Source of the DNA: Elusimicrobiota bacterium
GTDB lineage: Bacteria > Elusimicrobiota > Elusimicrobia > Elusimicrobiales > UBA9959
DNA: 64,000 nucleotides
Direction of reading: 5' to 3'
Assembly: GCA_012517235.1 (NCBI GenBank)
Contig: JAAYVI010000017.1
Location: 540-64,539 of the forward strand
The notes under the pieces were generated by a model. That model was given only the letters and a program-made list of their open reading frames with translations, did no database searches and was not told the origin of the DNA. This document shows, one piece after another, positions 38,415-48,025 of the stretch. Position numbers and translations under genes: made by a program. How positions within the stretch are numbered: the stretch's first letter is position 1; each line of letters starts with the position of its first letter.

Positions 38415-39532
38415 AAAGAATAATAATAGCGGGGGGAGGAACCGGAGGACATTTTTATCCGGGGCTTTCCATAGCTTTAAAATTGAAAAGCAAAGGCATA
38501 GAAATTCTTTTCGCGGTTAAAAAAAACGATATTTCTCTTGAAACTCTAAAAGAAAAAGAAATACCTTACGTAGAAATAGACGCGGTATCTTTCCCCAGAG
38601 GGCTAAACCCTTTATCTCACTTTCGTTTTATGTTCAAGCTATTTTCTTCTTTTTTTTACTCTATGAGAATAATAAAAGATTTTGCTCCGCAAGCCGTTTT
38701 AGGTACGGGCAGTTATGTTTCTTTTCCTATGGCGGCCGCGGCTAAAATAAAAAAAATCAAAGTATATCTACACGAATCAAATTCCATAATGGGATTTTCA
38801 AATAAAGCCGCCGGAATTTTTGCGGACAAAATTTTTTACGGCCTGCCTTTAAGGGAAAATCTTTTTCCAAATAAAACCGTCTCGGCCGGAATACCCTTGA
38901 GAGAAGAATTTGAAGGAGAAATAACGAAAAAAGAAGCAAGAGAGAAATTAAATTTTCCGCAAAACGATTTTATCGTTTTAGTTCTGGGAGGCAGCCAAGG
39001 CTCCGCGTCTATAAACTCTGCTTTTTATAAAACATTGTTAGATTTGTCTTACGAAAACAAACAGCTTCCTTTTTTTATACACATATCCGGAAAAAATAAC
39101 TATGCTCAACTAAAAGAAAGCTACGAAAAAGCCGGACTGACAAATAGAGGAATAATCTTGCCCTATTGCGAAAATATGCCTGTTCTATATTGCGCCGCCG
39201 ACGCCGTCATATCGAGAAGCGGGTCCGGAACGATAGCCGAATTATGCAGATATAAAAAACCCGCTCTGCTTATACCTTTAAAAACAGCCGCCGGAGATCA
39301 TCAAACTTTCAATGCTATGGCATTATCTTCCAAAGGATGCGCAATGATAATAAAAGACGACGAATTTTTATTTGAAAAGTTAAAACAATCAATAGAAAAA
39401 TTTTTGACTCTCGATAATATTTCCGCGATGAAAAAAGCTTACGAAAGATTGGATTTGCCCTCAAATCTTTTATCGGCCGAAAAAATATCCGAAGAAATAA
39501 TAAAAGATATCGGCTATAAAAAAAATTCTTAA
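38411..39532 (+). CDS. murG: UDP-GlcNAc:lipid I N-acetylglucosaminyltransferase
   Basis: GGGTGGHFYP, HESN, GGSQGS, SRSGSGT.AEL, HQTFNA. Confidence 0.96.
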   Translation: MKRIIIAGGGTGGHFYPGLSIALKLKSKGIEILFAVKKNDISLETLKEKEIPYVEIDAVSFPRGLNPLSHFRFMFKLFSSFFYSMRIIKDFAPQAVLGTGSYVSFPMAAAAKIKKIKVYLHESNSIMGFSNKAAGIFADKIFYGLPLRENLFPNKTVSAGIPLREEFEGEITKKEAREKLNFPQNDFIVLVLGGSQGSASINSAFYKTLLDLSYENKQLPFFIHISGKNNYAQLKESYEKAGLTNRGIILPYCENMPVLYCAADAVISRSGSGTIAELCRYKKPALLIPLKTAAGDHQTFNAMALSSKGCAMIIKDDEFLFEKLKQSIEKFLTLDNISAMKKAYERLDLPSNLLSAEKISEEIIKDIGYKKNS

Positions 39533-39544
39533 TATTCTCTAAAA

Positions 39545-39553
39545 TGCTAAAAT
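39545..39553 (+). promoter_or_regulatory. Extended -10 promoter for the Ldh_2 gene
   Basis: TGcTAAAAT; the same 16-mer AAAATGCTAAAATAAT precedes the tRNA-Ala gene. Confidence 0.55.
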
Positions 39554-39573
39554 AATTTATGCCGGGAGGAAAT

Positions 39574-40680
39574 ATGAGCAAAGAATTTGTTAACCTCAAA
39601 GTTTCTTTTCTTAAAAAGTTTATGAAAGATGTTTTTATCGGCTTGACAGTTCCGCCTCGAGACGCGGAAATATGCGCGGACGTACTGGCCGCGGCCGATC
39701 TAATGGGGATGGATTCTCACGGCATATCCAGAATGAAGCCGATATATTACGATAGGATAAAACAGGGAATACAATTTCCGAAAACAAAATTTGAAATAGT
39801 AAAAGAAACTCCGACAACGGCGGTAATAGACGGAAATCACGGGATGGGACATGTCATAGCCTATAAAGCCATGGAGATGGCCATTAAAAAAGCGGAGAAA
39901 TACGGATTAGGGATGACGGCGGTCAGAAATTCCACTCATTACGGCATAGCCGGATATTATTCTTTGATGGCCGTTAAAAAGGGAATGATAGGATTGACCG
40001 GAACAAATGCTCGTCCGTCGATAGCTCCGACATTCGGAGTAGAAAACATGCTCGGAACAAATCCTCAAACTTGGGGCATTCCTACCGACGAAAAATTTCC
40101 TTTTTTGCTTGACTGCGCTACGTCTGTTACTCAGAGAGGAAAAATAGAAGTATACGCAAAACTTAATAAAAAAATGCCGGAAGGATGGGTTGTTAACAGA
40201 AGCGGCAAATCCGAAACTGATCCCAAAAAAGTTTTAAAAATGCTGACAGAAGACAGCGCCGCTTTGCTTCCATTGGGCGGATTGGGAGAGGAAACCGGAG
40301 GATATAAAGGATACGGTTATGCCACCGTAATAGAAATATTATCCGCGGCATTGCAAGACGGTTCTTATTTGAAGCAGTTAAACGGCAAGAAAGACGGCAA
40401 ACCGGCCCCTTACAGGCTGGGACATTTTTTTATGGCCATAGATATAAGCCATTTTACTTCTTTAAATAAATTCAAGAAAACCGCGGGAAATATTTTAAGA
40501 CAACTTCGAGCTTCCCAAAAAGCAAAGGGATGCAAAAGAATATATACAGCGGGAGAAAAAGAATACTTGACTTCTGTCGAAAGAATTAAAAAAGGAGTTC
40601 CCGTAAACGCTCAAACTCGCCTTGAAATGATAAAAATGAGAGACGAACTTAATCTAAAATATAAATTTGATTTCGAGTAA
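39574..40680 (+). CDS. Ldh_2-family (malate/L-lactate/sulfolactate-type) dehydrogenase
   Basis: ADL.G.DSHG, RNSTHYGIAGYY, LGTNP, LDCATS, GYKGYG; SD GGGAGG. Confidence 0.9.
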   Translation: MSKEFVNLKVSFLKKFMKDVFIGLTVPPRDAEICADVLAAADLMGMDSHGISRMKPIYYDRIKQGIQFPKTKFEIVKETPTTAVIDGNHGMGHVIAYKAMEMAIKKAEKYGLGMTAVRNSTHYGIAGYYSLMAVKKGMIGLTGTNARPSIAPTFGVENMLGTNPQTWGIPTDEKFPFLLDCATSVTQRGKIEVYAKLNKKMPEGWVVNRSGKSETDPKKVLKMLTEDSAALLPLGGLGEETGGYKGYGYATVIEILSAALQDGSYLKQLNGKKDGKPAPYRLGHFFMAIDISHFTSLNKFKKTAGNILRQLRASQKAKGCKRIYTAGEKEYLTSVERIKKGVPVNAQTRLEMIKMRDELNLKYKFDFE

Positions 40681-40694
40681 TATAGGGGGGTATT

Positions 40695-41648
40695 ATGTCA
40701 TATGTCTTTCTTAGCGCTTTGGGATCATTTTCTTTCTTTTTTTCGTCTTTTCTTTCATATTACAAAATAGAACCTTTTCATACTCTTTATTATACTTTCG
40801 CATGGTGGTCTTATATATTGGCGGCGGACGGTTTAAACGGCTTGCTTTCTCAAAATTCTTTGATAAAAGATAGAACGAAATCTTTTCTGTTAATGATTCC
40901 TTTTTCCTGCGGTTTATGGTTTTTATTCGAACTGATTAATATAAGATTATCAAATTGGTCGTATCAAGCGCTGCCTTTTGACCCTATTATAAGAAAAATC
41001 GGATATATTATTTCATATGCCACGGTTCTTCCGGCTATTTTCGAAACAAAAGAACTTATTGAAAATTTGGGTTTTTTTAAAAAAATATCTTTAAAACCTT
41101 TAAAATCTCAAAAAAACATTTTAAACTCGGCGGTTATTTTGGGAATAATAATTTTATTTTTAATTTTACTGTTTCCTAAAATATTTTTTCCTTTTACCTG
41201 GATATTCCTTTTTCTTATATTTGATCCTATTAATTATAGAATCGGCGCTGTTTCGGTTATTAAACAAGCGGAAGACGGAAATTTCCGTCATATTTTCTCC
41301 GTTCTCGCCGCGGGATTAATATGCGGTATTTTCTGGGAAATGTGGAATTTTAATTCTCAAGCAAAGTGGATATACTCTTTCCCGACCGGAGACATGCTTC
41401 CTAAAATTTTTGAAATGCCTTTGCACGGCTATATCGGATTTCCTTTATTTGCTCTGGAATGTTACTCTTTCTTTAATTTTATCGCATGGTTGTTTCAATC
41501 CCATTGGGAAAATATACCTCAAAAAACACATAATTTAAACCGTATTCCGGCTTATATTTCTCTCTTATTATTGATACCTTTATATATATATACGATTATA
41601 TTAATAGATACTTACAGCGTAAAGTACTTTATTATTCTCCTTCCCTAA
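40695..41648 (+). CDS. Conserved-looking polytopic membrane protein with an internal duplication
   Basis: Two similar halves (GLWFLFELIN...NWSY and GIFWEMWN...KWIY), plus FEMPLHGYIGFPLFALE. Confidence 0.75.
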   Translation: MSYVFLSALGSFSFFFSSFLSYYKIEPFHTLYYTFAWWSYILAADGLNGLLSQNSLIKDRTKSFLLMIPFSCGLWFLFELINIRLSNWSYQALPFDPIIRKIGYIISYATVLPAIFETKELIENLGFFKKISLKPLKSQKNILNSAVILGIIILFLILLFPKIFFPFTWIFLFLIFDPINYRIGAVSVIKQAEDGNFRHIFSVLAAGLICGIFWEMWNFNSQAKWIYSFPTGDMLPKIFEMPLHGYIGFPLFALECYSFFNFIAWLFQSHWENIPQKTHNLNRIPAYISLLLLIPLYIYTIILIDTYSVKYFIILLP

Positions 41649-41760
41649 AGACCCAAACTAATATAGGTCTTTATTCCTATCTAACAATGGGACCTATGTT
41701 CATTGACTTTAATCAATATAGATATTAAAAAGTTAATATGAGTTGAGCAGCGGAGGATAT

Positions 41761-42786
41761 ATGAGAAAGACAGCTTTGATAAATGCGGCATTCGCTATAA
41801 TTTTAAACTGCGTATCATTTGCCTCGGATAAAATGATTTATGGCGACGATAATAGAATCGATTTTTACGCTATGAATTCCTCCAAAAAGTCTTTGGCCGA
41901 CTCGGTAGTTTCTTTTTGGGAAAACGCTTCGGTAACTTACGACTCGGCATCTTCTTCTTATAAACTTAAAACCGTTAATTTTGGCGACAGATTAAATCTA
42001 TGCCCGGACGAAAGATTTAGAGAGCAGCCGATAGGAGCTTTCTGCTCCGGTTCTTTGGTCGGAGAAGATTTAATAATGACGGCCGGGCACTGCATAACCG
42101 ACGAAAACAAATGCGCCGACACTAAGATAGTTTTCGGATATGCGGTAAAATCCCCTAATTCTCAAGCCGTAACTTCCATGCCAGCCTCGGAAGTTTACAC
42201 ATGTAAAAAAATAATCAAAAGACAGCTCGGGCCCGAACCCACGCCGGATAATCCGGAAGGTATAGGGTTGGGTCCCGATTATGCTCTAATACGATTGGAC
42301 AGAAAGGTTTCGGGGCATAAACCGTTAAAAATAAATAGAGCCGGCAATTTAACAAAAGGAACGCCTCTCTTTGTAATAGGACATCCGGTTGGATTACCGG
42401 TGAAACTTGCCGACGATTCTAAGGTAAGAGATACCGAGCAAGACGGATATTTTATAGCCGATTTGGACACTTTCGGAGGCAATTCCGGATCTCCCGTATT
42501 TAATGCCTCTACTAATTTAATCGAAGGTATTCTGGTAAGAGGCGATACGGATTTTGAAAGGAGCCCGGCAGGCTGCACAGTTTCCTATAGAACGGAACAA
42601 GACGAAGGCAGAGGGGAGGACGTAACAAAAGTCTCTCTTCTTGCCGAATTAATACCCGGCAAAAATAAAGAACTATCTAATACGCAAGATCTGGAAATGG
42701 ACACATCATCGGTTCAAAAAGAAACCTATTCCTTCATAGAAAACTCAAGAGGAATAGATTTAAGAGCTTTTTCTTTTGACAAATAG
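41761..42786 (+). CDS. Secreted trypsin-like (S1) serine protease
   Basis: Signal peptide, IYGDDNR, TAGHC (His), DYAL (Asp), GNSGSP (Ser); SD GGAGG. Confidence 0.92.
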   Translation: MRKTALINAAFAIILNCVSFASDKMIYGDDNRIDFYAMNSSKKSLADSVVSFWENASVTYDSASSSYKLKTVNFGDRLNLCPDERFREQPIGAFCSGSLVGEDLIMTAGHCITDENKCADTKIVFGYAVKSPNSQAVTSMPASEVYTCKKIIKRQLGPEPTPDNPEGIGLGPDYALIRLDRKVSGHKPLKINRAGNLTKGTPLFVIGHPVGLPVKLADDSKVRDTEQDGYFIADLDTFGGNSGSPVFNASTNLIEGILVRGDTDFERSPAGCTVSYRTEQDEGRGEDVTKVSLLAELIPGKNKELSNTQDLEMDTSSVQKETYSFIENSRGIDLRAFSFDK

Positions 42787-42791
42787 GGCGT

Positions 42792-43415
42792 TTATACTAT
42801 CTTCGAAAAGTCTTTTACCGATTTTCTCCACGCTCTGGGTAAAAGTTTGGCCGAAGGAGAAAGTTTTCCGACGGCTATCAGTACGGGGATAGTTTTTTCT
42901 TCCGATATTCCAAATTCTTTTTTAACAGCATCTTCGTCAAAACCGTCCATAGGATGCGTTTCGTAACCCAATGTTCTTGCCGCATACATAAGAGTCATGG
43001 CAAAAAAAGAAGCGTTTTTAACCGCAAAAATTTTTCTTTTTTGAGAAGAAAATTCTCCGTAAAGCTTTTGAGGCAATGTCTTATAAAAAACGGCCGTTTT
43101 AACATCCATATAACCCAGTTCTACCCAGCTTTTAAGAACCGAATCTATATTTCTCTCGCATGCGTTTATATCGGCTATTACTATAAAAACTACGGAAGCC
43201 TCTTCTACTTTGGCTTGATCCATAGCGCATTTTCTTAAAATCTTTTTTTTATCCGAACTTTTAACGGCGATAATCTCCCACGGCTGAAGGTTAAGCGAAG
43301 AGGGAGTAAGAGCGGATAACTCCAATATCTTCTTAATATCTTCGTCGGAAATTTCCTGAGAAGGGTCAAAGTAATTTACGGATCTTCTGCTTTTTATATT
43401 TTCTAAAGCGTCCAT
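42792..43415 (-). CDS. Nitroreductase-family flavoprotein
   Basis: SRRSV, TPSSLNLQPW, PMDGFD; SD GGAGGAG before MDALEN. Confidence 0.93.
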   Translation of the reverse strand: MDALENIKSRRSVNYFDPSQEISDEDIKKILELSALTPSSLNLQPWEIIAVKSSDKKKILRKCAMDQAKVEEASVVFIVIADINACERNIDSVLKSWVELGYMDVKTAVFYKTLPQKLYGEFSSQKRKIFAVKNASFFAMTLMYAARTLGYETHPMDGFDEDAVKKEFGISEEKTIPVLIAVGKLSPSAKLLPRAWRKSVKDFSKIV

Positions 43416-43504
43416 TTTCTCCTCCTTAGTATCCCCCAAAGTAAAATTGTATAATATATTTTATAAAATTAAAACGAAGAAACAGTTTTTTCAAGGGAGA
43501 AAAA

Positions 43505-44167
43505 ATGATAGAAAAGATTTTAAGAAAGCTGGAACTTCTTAAAAAATTTTCCGAAAAAGACATACGGAAAATAGAAAAAGTGGCCGTATTAAAAAAATAT
43601 CCTAAAAACTCTTTTATATTCAATAAAAACGAGATAGGAAATCATTTTTTTGTCGTAAAAGCCGGCAAAATAAAAATTTTCAGCTCAGTGGGCAATAAAA
43701 CCAAAACCTTAACCGTAATAGGTAAAAATGACTTCTTCGGCGAAATGTCGCTTTTGGGCTGCGGTACGAGATCGGCTTCGGCTTCCGCCGCGGAAGACAG
43801 CGAACTTTATGTGATATCCAGAAAAAATTTTGAAAAGTATCTTTTAAAAAATCCCGAGCTTACCATAAAGCTTTTATATTCTTTGGCCGACAGGCTGTCC
43901 AGAGCCGACAAGGAGATAGAGTCTATGCTTTTCCATAATATTTTGGGAAGATTGGCTTCGGCCATATTGGAAATTAAAAAACACAACGGAAATTGCGCGG
44001 ACATAAAAATAAATCAGACGGAAATCGCGGGATATTTAGGCACTACCAGAGTTCCGGTTTGCCGAGCCATAAACGCTCTTAAGAAAAGCGGAATAATCTC
44101 TTACAATTGCGGACATCTTATAATAAAAGACGAAAACAGACTAAAAAGTATGGCGGGCAGCAAATGA
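43505..44167 (+). CDS. Crp/Fnr-family transcriptional regulator
   Basis: cNMP-binding fold (FFGEMSLL...RSASA) and C-terminal HTH (QTEIAGYLGTTRVPVCRAI). Confidence 0.92.
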   Translation: MIEKILRKLELLKKFSEKDIRKIEKVAVLKKYPKNSFIFNKNEIGNHFFVVKAGKIKIFSSVGNKTKTLTVIGKNDFFGEMSLLGCGTRSASASAAEDSELYVISRKNFEKYLLKNPELTIKLLYSLADRLSRADKEIESMLFHNILGRLASAILEIKKHNGNCADIKINQTEIAGYLGTTRVPVCRAINALKKSGIISYNCGHLIIKDENRLKSMAGSK

Positions 44168-45402
44168 CATATCAAACTATAAGAGGATTCAGAGATATCC
44201 TTCCGCCTCAGTCCGACGCGTTTAGTTTTATAGAAAAAATCTCAAGAGAAATTTTTACTTTATACGGATATAGAGAAATAAGAATACCGGCCGTGGAATA
44301 TTTCGAATTATTTATAAAATCTACGGGAGAGACCACCGATATAGTTCAGAAAGAAATGTATAGATTCAAAGACGCATCGGGCAGAGATCTGGCTTTAAGG
44401 CCGGAAGGCACGCCGGGTGTCGCAAGGGCTTATATAAATAACAATTTATCCCAAACCGGATTAAACGGAAAATATTTTTATATAGCCGATATGTTCAGAG
44501 CCGAAAGGCCGCAAGCCGGAAGATACAGACAGTTCGAACAAATAGGAGCCGAGAATATAGGCGCGTCATCGCCTTATTCCGACGCGGAAAGCGCGGCTAT
44601 GCTTGCGGAAATATTCAAAAGATTGGGGGCGGAAAACTTAAGATTGGAAATAAACTCCTTAGGATGTCCTTCATGCAGGCCCAAATACAGAGAAAAACTT
44701 ATTTCTTATCTTTCTTCCCAAAAAGATCTATGCTCGTCTTGCCTGCAGAGACTTGAGAAAAATCCATTGAGAGTCTTAGATTGTAAAATAGACGGGCCCA
44801 AACTGACAGATTTTCCTTCAATAGAGCTTTGCGGAGATTGCGCCGTTCATCATGAAAAATTTAAAAAATGTTTGTCTTTATCGAAAGTAGATTTTTTTGA
44901 AAATCCGAAACTCGTAAGAGGATTGGATTATTATCAAAGAACCGTATTCGAACTAAAAACCTCGTCTCTGGGTGCCCAGGATGCGGTGGCGGGAGGAGGA
45001 AGATACGACGGACTCATAAAAGATATGGGCGGCCCGGCGTCTCCCGCGGTAGGTTGGGCATTGGGAGCAGACAGAGCCGCAATGATAATAGAAAAAAGGT
45101 GGGGAGAATTTGAAAAAAAATCTAACGTTTTTTTAGTTTCGGCCGATAAGGAAAGAGGCGATTATTGTTTTTCTTTGGCGCAATTTCTCAGATCGGAAAA
45201 TATTTCATGCGATTTCTCCGATTTCTCTTTAAGCTTTAAATCTCAGATGAGATCGGCCGATAAAAGCGGCGCCTTATTTGCGGCGATAGCCGGCGAAGAC
45301 GAGGAAAAAAACGGAGAAGTATCTTTGAAAAATTTATTTTCAAAAGAACAGAAAAAAGTTAAAAAAGAAGAATTGACGGAAATAATAAAGAGGTCATTAT
45401 GA
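44164..45402 (+). CDS. hisS: Histidyl-tRNA synthetase
   Basis: LRPEGT, FRAERPQAGRYRQF, LVRGLDYY, GGGRYDGL. ATGA overlap with the Crp gene. Confidence 0.98.
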   Translation: MTYQTIRGFRDILPPQSDAFSFIEKISREIFTLYGYREIRIPAVEYFELFIKSTGETTDIVQKEMYRFKDASGRDLALRPEGTPGVARAYINNNLSQTGLNGKYFYIADMFRAERPQAGRYRQFEQIGAENIGASSPYSDAESAAMLAEIFKRLGAENLRLEINSLGCPSCRPKYREKLISYLSSQKDLCSSCLQRLEKNPLRVLDCKIDGPKLTDFPSIELCGDCAVHHEKFKKCLSLSKVDFFENPKLVRGLDYYQRTVFELKTSSLGAQDAVAGGGRYDGLIKDMGGPASPAVGWALGADRAAMIIEKRWGEFEKKSNVFLVSADKERGDYCFSLAQFLRSENISCDFSDFSLSFKSQMRSADKSGALFAAIAGEDEEKNGEVSLKNLFSKEQKKVKKEELTEIIKRSL

Positions 45403-47153
45403 TGAGAACACATACCTGCGGAGAACTTAACTCTTCTCATATAGGACAAAAAGCCGTTCTCTGCGGCTGGGCGGATTCCAAAAGAAATCACGGAGGAGTT
45501 TTATTTATAAATTTAAGAGATTTATACGGAATAACTCAGATAACGGTAAATCCCGAAAATCCTTTTTTTCAAACGGCGGAAAAAATAAAAAACGAGTTTG
45601 TAATAAAAGCGGAAGGCATCGTCGCAAAAAGGCCTCAAGGCAACGAAAACAAAAATAATCCTACCGGAGAAGTAGAAATAATACCTTCGGCTCTGGAAAT
45701 CATTTCGCAGTCTTCGGAACTCCCTTTTGATCTGGGAGAACATGCTCAAGCGGGAGAAGAAATACGTCTTAAATACAGATATCTGGATATAAGAAGGAAA
45801 AATATTTCTCAAAATCTTGTTTTAAGAGGAAAAGTAGCCAACATAATAAGATCTTATTTATGCGAACGTCAATTTAACGAAATTGAGACTCCCATACTTA
45901 CAAAATCCACTCCCGAAGGCGCCAGAGATTATTTGGTTCCCTGCAGAACGAATCCGGGTACATTTTACGCTTTGCCTCAATCTCCTCAAGTATTTAAACA
46001 AATTTTAATGGTAGCCGGTATGGACAGATATTTCCAATTGGCCAGGAATTTTAGAGACGAGGATCTTCGTTCGGATAGACAGCCGGAACATACTCAAATA
46101 GATATGGAAATGTCTTTTGCCGGGGAAAAAGACGTAGCGGAAGCCGTGGAAGGTATGATGGAAAAAATCTTTTCTTTTTTGGGAGAAAAAATAGAAAGAC
46201 CTTTTTTAGAGCTGGAATATAAAGACGCAATGTCTTTATACGGCAGCGACAAACCCGATTTGCGCTATGACATAAAATTTGAAAACGTAACTTCCATTTT
46301 CAAAAATTCTTCTTTTAAGGTTTTTTCCGATGTGATATCTTCGAACGGGGAAATAAGGGCCATAAAAGCCAAAGCTTCCGCCCAAATATATTCCAGAGGG
46401 GAAACGGACAAACTTACCGATATTTTGAAGAAAAACGGAGCCAAGGGCCTTGCTTTTTTTAAAATAAAGGAAGGAAAGCCGGAAGGCGGAGCGGGCAAAT
46501 TTATAAGCGGTGAAGAATTTTCGGCTCTATCGTCTTTGCTTAATTTACAAGAAGGAGATACGGTATTTTTAATAGCCGATTTCCCCGAAAATTTAAACAA
46601 ATATGCCGGAATTCTTAGAAATTCCATAATAGAAAAAATAAAGCCGCCTGTTCTTAAAAAAAGAGCTTTTTTATGGGTAAGGCATTTCCCGCTTTTGGAA
46701 AAAGACTGCGAAAGCGGAAATTGGACTTTTACCCACAATCCTTTTACCGCCCCTCTCAAAGAACATTTAAATATGCTCGATACCGATCCCGGAGAGGTTC
46801 TTTCTTATCAATACGATTTGGTGTTAAACGGAGTGGAATTGGGATCGGGTTCGGTAAGGAATCACGACATTAAAATTCAGGAGAAAATTTTTTCTCTCAT
46901 GGGATATTCCAAAGAGGAAATGTATTTTCGTTTTCCAATGATATTAAACGCGCTAAAATACGGGGCGCCGCCTCATGCGGGCATCGGGATAGGATTTGAC
47001 AGACTTATGGGCATAATTTGCTCTACCGATTCAATAAGAGACGTAATAGCTTTTCCCAAAACCACAAGCGGAGCATGTCTTATGACCGAATCTCCTTCTC
47101 CCGTTTCGGAAAAACAACTAAAAGAATTGGGAATAAGCGTGATAAAAAAATGA
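45399..47153 (+). CDS. aspS: Aspartyl-tRNA synthetase (bacterial, GAD domain)
   Basis: RTHTCGEL, STPEGARDY, FRDEDLRSDRQPE, GAPPHAG. Confidence 0.98.
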   Translation: MMRTHTCGELNSSHIGQKAVLCGWADSKRNHGGVLFINLRDLYGITQITVNPENPFFQTAEKIKNEFVIKAEGIVAKRPQGNENKNNPTGEVEIIPSALEIISQSSELPFDLGEHAQAGEEIRLKYRYLDIRRKNISQNLVLRGKVANIIRSYLCERQFNEIETPILTKSTPEGARDYLVPCRTNPGTFYALPQSPQVFKQILMVAGMDRYFQLARNFRDEDLRSDRQPEHTQIDMEMSFAGEKDVAEAVEGMMEKIFSFLGEKIERPFLELEYKDAMSLYGSDKPDLRYDIKFENVTSIFKNSSFKVFSDVISSNGEIRAIKAKASAQIYSRGETDKLTDILKKNGAKGLAFFKIKEGKPEGGAGKFISGEEFSALSSLLNLQEGDTVFLIADFPENLNKYAGILRNSIIEKIKPPVLKKRAFLWVRHFPLLEKDCESGNWTFTHNPFTAPLKEHLNMLDTDPGEVLSYQYDLVLNGVELGSGSVRNHDIKIQEKIFSLMGYSKEEMYFRFPMILNALKYGAPPHAGIGIGFDRLMGIICSTDSIRDVIAFPKTTSGACLMTESPSPVSEKQLKELGISVIKK

Positions 47154-48025
47154 AATACCCGTCCTGGATAGTAGAAGAAGTTAAAAAAAATAAAAAAGAT
47201 TTGAGGCAAAATCAAGCCGAATCGGTAGCGGCCGATCTTAACCTCAAAAAACTTCATACCGTCTGCGACGAAGCTTTATGTCCAAATAAAGGCAATTGTT
47301 TTAAAAACGGGGAAGCTACATTTTTAATACTCGGCGACATATGTACCAGAAACTGCGGATTTTGTTCGGTAAAAAAAGGGAAAGCCGAACCTCCGGATTC
47401 GTCGGAACCTAAAAGAATAGCCGATTTGGCCGTTAAGTGGCGTCTTAAATACGTAGTATTTACTTCTCCTACAAGAGACGATTTGCCCGACTACGGAGCC
47501 GCCCATTACGCAAACGTAATTAAAGAGATAAGAAAAGCCGATAAAAATATTTTGACCGAACCTTTGATACCCGATTTCAAAGGAGAAATAGAACATCTTG
47601 AAAAAGTACTTGAGGCCGGACCTTCGGTTTTGGCTCATAACATAGAGATGCCGGAGAGATTGTACCGCGAATATAGAAAAGGATCGGACTACGTACGTTC
47701 TTTAAAAATCTTGGAAAATTCAAAAAAACTTTTTCCTTTTATACCGGTAAAGTCTTCTTTAATATTGGGACTTGGGGAAAAAGAATCGGAAATAAAAAAA
47801 ACAGTAAAAGATTTATTTTCTCACGGCTGCGAAATATTATGCATAGGACAATATCTGGCTCCTTCGGAAAAACATAAAAAAATTGAAAAATTTTATTCGC
47901 CTATGGAATTTAAAGAATACGAAGATTATGCTTTAACTGTGGGATTTAAGGCCGTTCTATCCGCTCCTCTGGTAAGAAGCTCTTATAAGGCCAAAGAACT
48001 TTATCTTAAGTTTATCGGCGCTTAA
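47150..48025 (+). CDS. lipA: Lipoyl synthase
   Basis: CX4CX5C (CDEALCPNKGNC), CTRNCGFC, VRSSY. Confidence 0.95.
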   Translation: MKYPSWIVEEVKKNKKDLRQNQAESVAADLNLKKLHTVCDEALCPNKGNCFKNGEATFLILGDICTRNCGFCSVKKGKAEPPDSSEPKRIADLAVKWRLKYVVFTSPTRDDLPDYGAAHYANVIKEIRKADKNILTEPLIPDFKGEIEHLEKVLEAGPSVLAHNIEMPERLYREYRKGSDYVRSLKILENSKKLFPFIPVKSSLILGLGEKESEIKKTVKDLFSHGCEILCIGQYLAPSEKHKKIEKFYSPMEFKEYEDYALTVGFKAVLSAPLVRSSYKAKELYLKFIGA

